Positions 44,847 through 53,155 of a stretch of 62,655 nucleotides of DNA are shown piece after piece. The notes under the pieces were generated by a model. The model saw nothing but the letters and a program-made list of their open reading frames with translations. It did no database searches and was not told where the DNA came from. This stretch comes from a virus (Duplodnaviria > Caudoviricetes): the IMG/VR virus record IMGVR_UViG_3300023261_000003, positions 1 to 62,655 of that record; one strand, given 5' to 3'. How positions within the stretch are numbered: the first letter of the stretch is position 1; each line of letters begins with the position of its first letter. The position numbers were made by a program, and so were the translations under genes.

Positions 44847-46228
44847 GCGCCAAGGTCGAGCCGGCGCGCTTTCACGTCCGCTACTACGACGAGAAGCTGA
44901 GCCACAAAGGCAAGGGCGTGCAGGTCCGCCGGTTCTCCAACCGCGCTGCCGCCGAGAAGTTTGCAGCTGAAAACCGGCTCTATTCGCGCCCGTGCGTCGT
45001 CGAGGAGATGGGCCTGTCCCCGGAGACCGGCGCCAAGGTCGTCGACCTGGCCGAAGCGCTGAGGAAGTCCCTGGAAACCCCAGGCAAGGAGCCCGCCGTG
45101 TCCGAAGAACTCGAAGTCCTGGTCCCGGTCCGTTTCGAGATCACCCCTGAGGCCATCGCGGCCAAGCGGGCGAACTACGCCGCGCTCTCGGCTGACACGT
45201 CGGCCGGCTACGAGCAGGTCCGCCTGGCCATCGCGGACTGCCGCACCATGCGGGTCGCGGTCGAGAAGCGCCGGGTCGACCTGAAGGCGAGCGCGCTCCG
45301 CTACGGCCGGGACGTCGACGCCGCGGCTGCGACGCTGACCGCAATGCTGGAAAGCCTCGAGGAGCCGCTCAAGGCCCTCAAGTCGGCCGTCGATGACGAG
45401 AAGGCTCGCATCAAGCGCGAGAAGGAAGAGGCCGCCAAGGCCGCGCTCGAAGCCGAGATCCGTGCGAAGCGCGAGGCCGAGGAAGCGGAGCTACGGGCCA
45501 AGCGCGAGGCGGAAGAGGCAGAACTGCGCGCTCAGCGCCAAGCCGAGGAGGCTCGCCTGGCTGAGCAGCGCGCTGCCCTGGAGGCTGCTGAGCGCGAGGC
45601 CGAAGCTCGCCGGAAGGCGGAGCGAGAGGCAGAAGACGCCCGCATTGCCGAGGAGCGAGCCAAGCTGGAAGCGGAGCGCCGGGCAGCCGACGCTGAGCGC
45701 GCGCGCGAGCAGAAGCTTCGCGACGAGCAAGCCGCCAAGGTGGCCGCCGAGCAAAAGGCGGAGGCTGACCGTCTCGCGGCTGAGCGTCAGGCCATCGAAG
45801 CCGAGCGCGAGAAGGCCGCTAGGGAAGAGCGCGAGCGCGCCGAGGCTGAGGCTGCTCGGGTAGCTGAGGAACGCCGGATCGAGGCCGAGAAGCTGGCGGC
45901 CGAGCGTGCCGAGATCCAGGCAGAGCGCGACCGGCTGGCGGCTGAAGCGCGGGAGCGCGCGGCCAAGGAACAGGCCGAGCGAGAGGCCGAGGAAGCAAAG
46001 GCACGGGCCGAGAAGGAAGCCGCGGAGGTGGCCGAAAGGCTCGCGACGTTGCGCCCGGACTTCGAGAAGATCCGAGCATTCGCTGCTGCCGTAGACAAGC
46101 TGGCGGACTCAAGGCCGACGATGGCGACACTGATCGGCGGGGCAATCGTCGACATGGCCGCCGCTGACCTGCGAGCCATCGGCCGGGGCTTGCTCGAGCA
46201 GAGCCAGGAAGAGGCGGCTGCCCAATGA
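44843..46228 (+). CDS. long Glu/Ala/Arg coiled-coil protein (DUF1351-like position) with Ku-like motif
   Basis: Extended charged helix upstream of the exonuclease; possible second start GTG 45098 with AAGGAG SD. Confidence 0.75.
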   Translation: MSAKVEPARFHVRYYDEKLSHKGKGVQVRRFSNRAAAEKFAAENRLYSRPCVVEEMGLSPETGAKVVDLAEALRKSLETPGKEPAVSEELEVLVPVRFEITPEAIAAKRANYAALSADTSAGYEQVRLAIADCRTMRVAVEKRRVDLKASALRYGRDVDAAAATLTAMLESLEEPLKALKSAVDDEKARIKREKEEAAKAALEAEIRAKREAEEAELRAKREAEEAELRAQRQAEEARLAEQRAALEAAEREAEARRKAEREAEDARIAEERAKLEAERRAADAERAREQKLRDEQAAKVAAEQKAEADRLAAERQAIEAEREKAAREERERAEAEAARVAEERRIEAEKLAAERAEIQAERDRLAAEARERAAKEQAEREAEEAKARAEKEAAEVAERLATLRPDFEKIRAFAAAVDKLADSRPTMATLIGGAIVDMAAADLRAIGRGLLEQSQEEAAAQ

Positions 46229-47175
46229 GCGCACCCGCCGAAACCCTCGCTCCTGCCTACGAGGTCGTCTGCGACACCGCCGACGAGGCCGTCTGGCTGG
46301 AGCACCGCAACACCGGCATCGGCGCCTCGGAAATCGCCATTCTGCTCGGCGAGTCCGACTGGGGCTCCAACCTCGAGCTCTACTACCGGAAGACCGGCCA
46401 GCTCACCGAGCCCCTCAAGGAGCAGACCGAGGAAATGGAACTCGGCAAGGAGTTCGAGGAGATCGCGCGCCGCGTCGTGGCCAAGAGGGCAGGGGTGACG
46501 CTGCACCCGATCTGCCCCCAGCTCTGCCGGAGCCTCGTGCACCCATGGGCCCTGGCGACCTGCGATGCCGTGACGAGCACTCGCGATCCCGTCGAGGTCA
46601 AGAACCTCAATTGGGGCTTCGACGCCGAGGAGTGGTCGGAACAGATCCCCGAGAAGTACCTGCTGCAATGCCAGCAGCAGATGATGGTCCTGGGGGCCGA
46701 GCGCTGCCTCTTCGGTGCGCTGCTATCGGGCTCGCGCCTCATCTGGGAATGGGTCCCGCGGGACGAGCAACGCATCCGCAGGATCCTTCACGCTGGTGCC
46801 GAATTCTGGAACCACGTCGAGGCCAGGACCCCGCCGCCGAGCGATGGGCATCCGCACGCCCGCAAGGTGCTGGGCAGGCTCGCGGCCAACGCCAACGAAG
46901 CGGCACTGGAGCTCTACGAATCCGAGATCTCTGAGCAGCTCCGCACCTACGAAATCGCCAAGGCCCGGCACGAATCCGCAGCGGCCCAGGAGAAGATCGA
47001 CCGCCGCCGGCTCGATGCCAGCAAGGACGAGCTCGCGCAGCTGTTGGGTGACTTCCGCCTCGGCGTCACGTCCACGGGCTGGTCCATGCGTTGGAAGACC
47101 ACTGAGCGCCGCGGCTACACCGTGCAGCCGACGACCGTCCACCAGTTCGAGATTAAGCCACCGAAGGAGAAGTGA
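46225..47175 (+). CDS. YqaJ-like viral recombinase exonuclease
   Basis: 'WLEHRNTGIGASE', 'G..FE', 'ATCD', 'EVK', 'YLLQCQQQM'. Confidence 0.93.
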   Translation: MSAPAETLAPAYEVVCDTADEAVWLEHRNTGIGASEIAILLGESDWGSNLELYYRKTGQLTEPLKEQTEEMELGKEFEEIARRVVAKRAGVTLHPICPQLCRSLVHPWALATCDAVTSTRDPVEVKNLNWGFDAEEWSEQIPEKYLLQCQQQMMVLGAERCLFGALLSGSRLIWEWVPRDEQRIRRILHAGAEFWNHVEARTPPPSDGHPHARKVLGRLAANANEAALELYESEISEQLRTYEIAKARHESAAAQEKIDRRRLDASKDELAQLLGDFRLGVTSTGWSMRWKTTERRGYTVQPTTVHQFEIKPPKEK

Positions 47176-47180
47176 GGAAC

Positions 47181-48053
47181 ATGGGAGCAGCAATTCAAAC
47201 GACCGGAAACGGTCAAGTGGTGCGTGGAGAAAAGAAGCCCCTGACGCTGCAGCAGCAGCTGATCGGCATGGGGCCGCAGATCGCCAAGGCTCTGCCGAAG
47301 CACGTGAGCCCGGACCGCATGGCGCGCATCGTCATGACGGCTCTGCGCAACACGCCAGCGCTGGGGCTCTGCTCGCCGGAGTCGTTTCTGGGCGCCGTGC
47401 TCAGCGCCGCGCAGCTCGGCCTCGAGGTCAACACGCCGCTCGGGCACGCCTACCTGGTGCCGTACAAGCAGGAGTGCCAGCTCATCCTGGGCTACCAGGG
47501 CATGATGGATCTCGCTCGGCGCAGCGGAGCCGTGAAGAGCATCTACGCGCACCTCGTGCGCAAGGGCGACACCTTCAAGGTGCGGCTCGGTCTGAGCCAG
47601 GACATCGAGCACATCCCGTCTGAGGACGTGGACCGCGAAACGCAGCCGATCACCCACGTCTATGCGGTGGCCAAGCTGGCCGAGGGAGACCCGGTTTTCG
47701 TTGTGCTCACCAAGGCCCAGGTCGAGAAGTACAAGAACCGCTCGGCCTCGAAGAACTCCGGCCCCTGGAAGAGCGATGAGGAGGCCATGATCCTGAAGAC
47801 TGCCGTCCGTCGGCTCTTCACGTGGCTGCCGAAGTCGGCCGAGATGGCGCGCGCCGCTGCCGTCGACGAGGCTTTGGAGACGAGCTCGCGGCAGTCCAGC
47901 GCCTTCGATCCGACGGTGCGGGATGTCCTCGAAGCGGAAGGCGTCGAGGTTGCTCAGGCTAGCCACGCGCCCACGGAGCACGTCGACGAAGAGACGGGCG
48001 AAGTCACGCCGGCCGCCGAGCGGACGCGCCAGCGCGAGCCTGGCGAGGATTGA
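47181..48053 (+). CDS. recT: RecT single-strand annealing protein
   Basis: 'AAQLGLE...LGHAYLVPY...QLILGYQG', 'PW..D.EAM..KT..RRL..WLP.S'. Confidence 0.95.
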   Translation: MGAAIQTTGNGQVVRGEKKPLTLQQQLIGMGPQIAKALPKHVSPDRMARIVMTALRNTPALGLCSPESFLGAVLSAAQLGLEVNTPLGHAYLVPYKQECQLILGYQGMMDLARRSGAVKSIYAHLVRKGDTFKVRLGLSQDIEHIPSEDVDRETQPITHVYAVAKLAEGDPVFVVLTKAQVEKYKNRSASKNSGPWKSDEEAMILKTAVRRLFTWLPKSAEMARAAAVDEALETSSRQSSAFDPTVRDVLEAEGVEVAQASHAPTEHVDEETGEVTPAAERTRQREPGED

Positions 48054-48080
48054 GCTGCGGCGCCGGCACGTCCGGCCCTC

Positions 48081-48199
48081 CTGCGAGAGCGATCCAGCGC
48101 TCCGTCCCGGTGCAACTCCGGGACTCGCAGCCGACGAAGCGGGCCCCCTCCCGGCCTTCCCATCCCCCTCCTCAGGCATCGGAGCGGGCCCGCCTCGTC
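48081..48199 (+). ncRNA. candidate structured intergenic RNA (tRNA-like minihelix plus second stem-loop)
   Basis: CTGCGA/TCGCAG closing stem, AGCG-ATCCAG-CGCT hairpin, GTCCCGG-TGCAACT-CCGGGAC T-arm-like hairpin; second stem GACGAAGCGGGCCC/GGGCCCGCCTCGTC. Confidence 0.5.
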
Positions 48200-48221
48200 A
48201 CTCTTTCAACCAGGAGCACCA

Positions 48222-48917
48222 ATGGAAGCCATCTTGCTAGCGGATTTCGAATGCTCGGGCCTCGACGCCACGAAAGACCAGATCGTCGAGGTGGGCGCCA
48301 TCCTCTGGAGCGTCAAGCACCGCTGCACCATCGAGTGCTTCTCGACCCTCATCCCAGCGGCGCAGAACGCCGCCGAGGTCGCCAACGGCATCCCGGTCGG
48401 GGTGCTGTGCAACCCCAATCTGCCGTCCTCGATCAAGAGCGCGCTCGGTCGCTTCGATGACCTCGCGGAGTACGCGGACTGCATCGTGGCTCACCATGCG
48501 GAGTTCGACCGGGGCTTCTACGCGGCGGCTCCCAAGCACGCCGAGGACCGGACCCAGCTCGCGTGGGTGTGCACCATCGAGGACTTCATCTGGCCCAAGG
48601 TGACGGCGAGTAACGGCCTAGTCGCGAAGGCGCTGGCTCATGGCGTCGGGGTCCTGGATGCCCACCGGGCCCTGACGGACTGCCAAACGATCGAACGGTG
48701 CTTCCGGGTCATCCCCGACATCGACGCTCGCCTCGAGGCCGCCCTGGCCCACGCCAGGCTCCCCAAGGCCGAGATGATCTCGACGGCGCCCTTCGAGCAG
48801 AAGGACCTCGTCAAGGAGCACGGCTTCCACTGGGACCCGGGCCGCAAAGTCTGGCACCGCACGATGGCGATCGCCGATGCCGCCAAGCTGCCGTTTCGCA
48901 CCAGGGAGGCGAGGTGA
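48222..48917 (+). CDS. DEDDh 3'-5' exonuclease (DnaQ-like)
   Basis: 'DFECSG', 'AHHAEFD', 'AHRALTD'; C-terminal 'KDLVKEHGFHWD...W'. Confidence 0.92.
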   Translation: MEAILLADFECSGLDATKDQIVEVGAILWSVKHRCTIECFSTLIPAAQNAAEVANGIPVGVLCNPNLPSSIKSALGRFDDLAEYADCIVAHHAEFDRGFYAAAPKHAEDRTQLAWVCTIEDFIWPKVTASNGLVAKALAHGVGVLDAHRALTDCQTIERCFRVIPDIDARLEAALAHARLPKAEMISTAPFEQKDLVKEHGFHWDPGRKVWHRTMAIADAAKLPFRTREAR

Positions 48918-49183
48918 AACGCCGAATCGAGCAAGCCTGGCTGGGCTTCGAGAAGATGGTCTTGCCGGCGACGGTCGGAGAGGTCCAGCGCGTCGAGATG
49001 CGCAAGGCGTTCTTCGCCGGCGCGAGCGTCCTCTTCGCCATGATGACCAATGGCGTGAGTGACGGCCCGGAAGTCGAAGCTTCGGACATGGCGTTCATGG
49101 AGGAGCTGGACACCGAGATCCGGGAGTTCGGCGGGCAGTTCGACGCCGAGCATCTGCCGAAGCTCGCCAGAGGTGACGCGTGA
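48914..49183 (+). CDS. hypothetical phage protein
   Basis: 'Q..EMRKAFFAGA' motif; coupled. Confidence 0.7.
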   Translation: MKRRIEQAWLGFEKMVLPATVGEVQRVEMRKAFFAGASVLFAMMTNGVSDGPEVEASDMAFMEELDTEIREFGGQFDAEHLPKLARGDA

Positions 49184-49386
49184 ACCCAGACACCAGAGCC
49201 ATCGCGCTCTTCGAGACTCCCGAGGACGCCAAGAAAGCGGGCCACACGGTGCCGCTCACTCGCCACGAGGCCCAGTTCCTCCTCAGGGTCCCGCGGGAGA
49301 ACCGCGACGCCGAGCTCCGCAACCTGCGCAAGCACAAGCGCTCCCGGCTCCGCAAGGAGCTCGCCAAGGCGCGGGCGAAGCGATGA
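49180..49386 (+). CDS. hypothetical basic protein
   Basis: GTGA coupling. Confidence 0.6.
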   Translation: MNPDTRAIALFETPEDAKKAGHTVPLTRHEAQFLLRVPRENRDAELRNLRKHKRSRLRKELAKARAKR

Positions 49387-49730
49387 TCGGCCAGGTGCTC
49401 CTGTACAAGCTCGCGCGCCTGCTCTGGCGCCTCATGCCTCGCCCGATGCGAACGGCGATGGCCTTGGAGGCGCCACTGGTGCTCACGTTCAACACCTACG
49501 CGGGTTGGAATGCCACGACGCCGGCGCATGGTTGGCTGCGCCGCGAGATCGAGTACTGCGCGGGTCCGACGGCCTGGGACGATGACCAGGAGATCACCGC
49601 GTGGGGCTTTGGGCGTTACACCCAGACCGATGAGTTCACGGGCGAGTATCCCACCCACGGCGAGGCCTTCGACGCCCTGACGGCCCACCTTCGCAGTCGG
49701 AGCGACGTCATCCTCCTGGGGGGACCGTGA
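49383..49730 (+). CDS. hypothetical protein
   Basis: ATGA coupling. Confidence 0.6.
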   Translation: MIGQVLLYKLARLLWRLMPRPMRTAMALEAPLVLTFNTYAGWNATTPAHGWLRREIEYCAGPTAWDDDQEITAWGFGRYTQTDEFTGEYPTHGEAFDALTAHLRSRSDVILLGGP

Positions 49731-49888
49731 TGTTCGCCCTCGCCTCCACGGCCTTCGACCGCGCCATGGCGATCCGCCTGCTCACGGTCTCGGTGTTGGC
49801 GCCTCGCTGCACGCCTGGCGAGCTCGCGCTCCAGGCCAAGGATCTGCTCTGGGCTGCTGCCGTTTGGGCGGGCAGGGGGTTGGCGTGA
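49727..49888 (+). CDS. small hypothetical protein
   Basis: Coupled at both ends (GTGA). Confidence 0.45.
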   Translation: MMFALASTAFDRAMAIRLLTVSVLAPRCTPGELALQAKDLLWAAAVWAGRGLA

Positions 49889-50268
49889 CCGGCCCGACCT
49901 GTCCCTACTGCCAGAAGGCAGCCGAACGCGTCACTGGCGACGAGCTCTACAGCCAGCGCATCGACCTCGGCGGGAAGTTCTTCTGGGTCTGCTGGGACTG
50001 CGACGCCCGCGTGGGCTGCCACCCCGGCACCATGAAGCCGCTTGGGACGCTGGCTAACCAGGAGCTGCGCGCGCTCAGGGGCAGCGTCCACCGCGTCTTC
50101 GACCCGCACTGGTTGACGGCCAAGAGGAAGCGGGTGGCACGCCTGGAGGCCTACGCCCGCCTGACCACCGACCTCGCGATCCGCAAGGACGAGTGCCACA
50201 TCGCGATGTTTGACGAGGTCCGCTGCCGAGCCGCGCTCGTGGCCGTTGCCCAATGGGAGCCCGTCTAG
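49885..50268 (+). CDS. DUF3268-like zinc-finger protein
   Basis: 'CPYC...C..CDARVGCHPGT..PLGTLA', 'FDP.W', 'CHIAMFD'. Confidence 0.85.
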   Translation: MTGPTCPYCQKAAERVTGDELYSQRIDLGGKFFWVCWDCDARVGCHPGTMKPLGTLANQELRALRGSVHRVFDPHWLTAKRKRVARLEAYARLTTDLAIRKDECHIAMFDEVRCRAALVAVAQWEPV

Positions 50269-50573
50269 TGGCTAGACCCCCCGGCAAGTCCCGCTGCCCG
50301 TGCTGCGGCCACGTCGCGCTGACGGACTCCGAGGAGCGTGTCCTGGCGGCCCTCGTGACGTCCGGACTCGTCGGCGCCTCGGCGCTCGAGGTGTCGCGCG
50401 TCGCCGGCGTCTCGCGGGCCAGGCGGGTGCTGCTGGTCCTGGATGGGCTCGGGCTAGCGCAGCTGGTCGAGCGGCAGCGTTGGGCCGGCGGTGCACCGAG
50501 GCGGCTCTATCGGGCGAGCGCTGCCGGACGCCGCGCCTGCATGATGTTGGCTGGCCGGGAGGCTGCGGAGTGA
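50268..50573 (+). CDS. Zn-ribbon + winged-helix protein
   Basis: CPCC; 'L..LGL...PRRLYR.S.AG'. Confidence 0.6.
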   Translation: MARPPGKSRCPCCGHVALTDSEERVLAALVTSGLVGASALEVSRVAGVSRARRVLLVLDGLGLAQLVERQRWAGGAPRRLYRASAAGRRACMMLAGREAAE

Positions 50574-50770
50574 GCGCGACCTGCCGCTCCTGCGGTGCCG
50601 CAATCACGTGGGTCGTCCTGCCGTCGGGCAAGCGCATGCCGGTCGATGCCAAGGGCGTCCCGATGGTGAAGCTCAGCGACGACGACCAGCGCGGCACCGT
50701 CATCCACGTCCACGCAAGCCACTTCAGCAGCTGCCCGCAAGCTGACCAGCACCGAAAGCCCAAGCCATGA
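50570..50770 (+). CDS. small zinc-binding protein
   Basis: 'CRSCGAAITW...GKRMPVD...HFSSCP'. Confidence 0.75.
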   Translation: MSATCRSCGAAITWVVLPSGKRMPVDAKGVPMVKLSDDDQRGTVIHVHASHFSSCPQADQHRKPKP

Positions 50771-52482
50771 TCATCGAACTCGCCCCCCAAGACATCGCGA
50801 AGTCCCCCTCGAACCCCCGCAAGCGCGGCCTGTTCGACGGCATCGACGACCTGACCGAGAGCGTCCGCGCCAAGGGGCTCCTGCAGCCCGTGGTAGTGCG
50901 CGCCAAGGGGAAGGGGCACGAACTCGTCTTTGGCCACCGGAGGCGGGAGGCGGCCATCAGGGCCGAGCTCGCCACCATTCCCTGCATCGTCCGGGAGTTT
51001 TCCGACGACGAGGTCCTCGAGGTCCAGCTGATGGAGAACCTGGAGCGCGAGGACGTCCACCCGCTCGACGAGGCCGAGGGCTTCGCCGAACTCGTGAAGC
51101 GCGGCCGCACCGTCCAGCAGATCGCCGAGAAGGTCGGGCGGCCCGCGGCTTTCGTGGCGCAGCGGATGAAGCTGCTCGACCTCGGGGAGGACGGCAGGAA
51201 GGCGCTCGACCGCGGGAGCATTTCCCTCGCGGTCGCGATGGTGCTCGCGCGCGTGCCAGCCAAGCTGCAGGCCGATGCGCTCGGTGAAATCGAAGAGAGC
51301 GGAGACTGGGACTACCAGGCAGGCGGTCGCTCCCAGCCCACGGCTCAGGAAGCCCTGAAGATCGTCAAGGAGCGCTTCGTGCTCCGGCTCGCGCTGGCGA
51401 AGTTCCCCACTGACGACGCGGCGCTCGTGAAGGCTGCCGGCGCGTGCACCACGTGCCCCAAGCGCTCGGGCAACCAGGGCGTGCTCTTCGCCGACTTCGA
51501 GGACGAGGACCTCTGCCTCGACCCGGTCTGCCATCGCAAGAAGGCCGATGCCTACTTCGCTCGGCTCGAGAAGGCCAAGCCCGAGAAGTACTCGGCGCTC
51601 CTGTCGGGCCCGGACGCCAAGACCGCTATCGAGAAAGCCGGCTACCAGGGCGGCAAGTACGTGAAGCTCGATGGTGACGTGGCGTTCGAGTGGGACAGAT
51701 TCCAATCGAAAGCCGTCAAGAAGATCATTGGGAAGGCCGAACTCCCGATCACCCTCGCCCAGGATCCGCGCTCCGGCGAGCACATCGAGCTCGTCCGCCG
51801 GGAGGACGTCGCCAAGCTCTCCAAGGGGAAGCGCAAGGAACTCCTCGACCACGGCGAGCGAGAGACGGCCGCCAGCCAAAGCAGCTTCGAGGCCGAGCGT
51901 CGGCGCAACGACATGAAGCAGAAGGCCGTCAACACGGCTGTCCGACTGGCGCTCGGTGCCATCGTCGAGAACGCGGCCAAGGTAGTGAAGCCTGAGCAGG
52001 CACTGCGCCTCATCGTGATGGCGCTCGCGCAGAAGGCTTGGTCCGAGGACCAGAGGGCAGTGCTCGAGCGGCGGGGCCTCATGCCGTCCGGAGAGAAGTC
52101 GAACTACAGCAACAAGGTCGAGACCGCGCTGGTCGGGCTTGCGAAGAGCCTGCCGGACGCTGAGGTCGCTGGCCTGGGGCTCGAGCTCGCGGCCGTCATC
52201 GCGGCGCCGGACGGGTCGCCCTATTACAGGAAGCCAAAGCCGGAACTCGACATCTGGGACCAGCTACTCGGTGCCGCCGGCGTCGACTTCGCGGCCCTGC
52301 AGAAGGTGGAGCTCGACGCGCTGAAAGCGAAGGCCAAGGAGAAGACCGACAAGGCCAAAGCCAAGGCGAAGCGCGAGGCCGAGAAGGCAGCCAAAGCCCC
52401 CGCGGCCGCGGCGCCCGCCACCGCCAAGAAGCCCACCAAAGCCAAGCCGGCCAAGCGTGCCCGGAAGGCCGGTGCCGCGTGA
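50767..52482 (+). CDS. ParB/RepB/Spo0J family protein with Lys/Ala-rich tail
   Basis: 'NPR', 'GLLQPVVVR', 'GHRR..A', 'ENL.RED..P.DEA', HTH; CxxC...C....C. Confidence 0.92.
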   Translation: MIIELAPQDIAKSPSNPRKRGLFDGIDDLTESVRAKGLLQPVVVRAKGKGHELVFGHRRREAAIRAELATIPCIVREFSDDEVLEVQLMENLEREDVHPLDEAEGFAELVKRGRTVQQIAEKVGRPAAFVAQRMKLLDLGEDGRKALDRGSISLAVAMVLARVPAKLQADALGEIEESGDWDYQAGGRSQPTAQEALKIVKERFVLRLALAKFPTDDAALVKAAGACTTCPKRSGNQGVLFADFEDEDLCLDPVCHRKKADAYFARLEKAKPEKYSALLSGPDAKTAIEKAGYQGGKYVKLDGDVAFEWDRFQSKAVKKIIGKAELPITLAQDPRSGEHIELVRREDVAKLSKGKRKELLDHGERETAASQSSFEAERRRNDMKQKAVNTAVRLALGAIVENAAKVVKPEQALRLIVMALAQKAWSEDQRAVLERRGLMPSGEKSNYSNKVETALVGLAKSLPDAEVAGLGLELAAVIAAPDGSPYYRKPKPELDIWDQLLGAAGVDFAALQKVELDALKAKAKEKTDKAKAKAKREAEKAAKAPAAAAPATAKKPTKAKPAKRARKAGAA

Positions 52483-52715
52483 GCCTCGAAACCCTCTCCA
52501 TCCTGGCCGCCATCTACACGTCGAAGGTCGCGCGCGGCATCGAGCCGACGGCCGATGAGATCGAGACCCTGACGGAAGTCGACGTCTGGGACGAGGAGCT
52601 GACGACGCTCGAGCGACTCGGCCTTCTGGCGTCGACCGTGGGTGGGGCCGCGCCGCTGCGGCTGACGGAGCACGGCGAGAGGGTCCTCTTGGACGCCGCG
52701 GGGCGTGCGGCATGA
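52479..52715 (+). CDS. small winged-helix-like protein
   Basis: 'L..LGL.....LRLTEHG'. Confidence 0.55.
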   Translation: MSLETLSILAAIYTSKVARGIEPTADEIETLTEVDVWDEELTTLERLGLLASTVGGAAPLRLTEHGERVLLDAAGRAA

Positions 52716-53155
52716 GGACTCCCGATCCTGCGACCGGCCGTCACCCGGCCTTCAAGGACGCGACGGGCCAGACGTTCGGCGTCCTCCGGGTCGAGAGCGA
52801 GGCCCCGAGCGACGGCGCGACGCGCTGGAACTGCGTCTGCCTGGTGTGCGGCGCCAAGATGATCCTGCGGCGTAGTGACCTGAACCACAAGAAGGGGAAG
52901 GACCGGTGCTCGCTCAAGTGCGGCCAGGCAAGGGCCGCGCTCGGGCCCGTCGCGGAGTTCGCTCCCGCGCCACCTCGGCTCGACCCCGACCGCAACCGCG
53001 AGCGCTACGTGCGCATCAAGCTCGAGCTGCGGAGCGTCGGCCTCGAGCCGCTCCCGTTCGCCGAGCTGACCTGCGCGGAGTGCCCTGAGGCCCCGCGCTG
53101 CAAGAGCGCGTTCAAGGCCTTCAACGTCAACGGCGAGTGTCTGGAGAGCATGTGA
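52712..53155 (+). CDS. Cys-rich protein with HNH-associated-type N-terminal repeat
   Basis: 'DATGQTFGVL.V...WNC.C..CG'; several CxxC. Confidence 0.65.
   Translation: MRTPDPATGRHPAFKDATGQTFGVLRVESEAPSDGATRWNCVCLVCGAKMILRRSDLNHKKGKDRCSLKCGQARAALGPVAEFAPAPPRLDPDRNRERYVRIKLELRSVGLEPLPFAELTCAECPEAPRCKSAFKAFNVNGECLESM

Noticed and set aside
45390-46040. Repetitive GCCGAG/GAGCGC-rich DNA as a possible repeat array or CRISPR
   Set aside because: Explained by Glu/Ala/Arg coiled-coil coding; no fixed repeat-spacer period and no cas genes seen.
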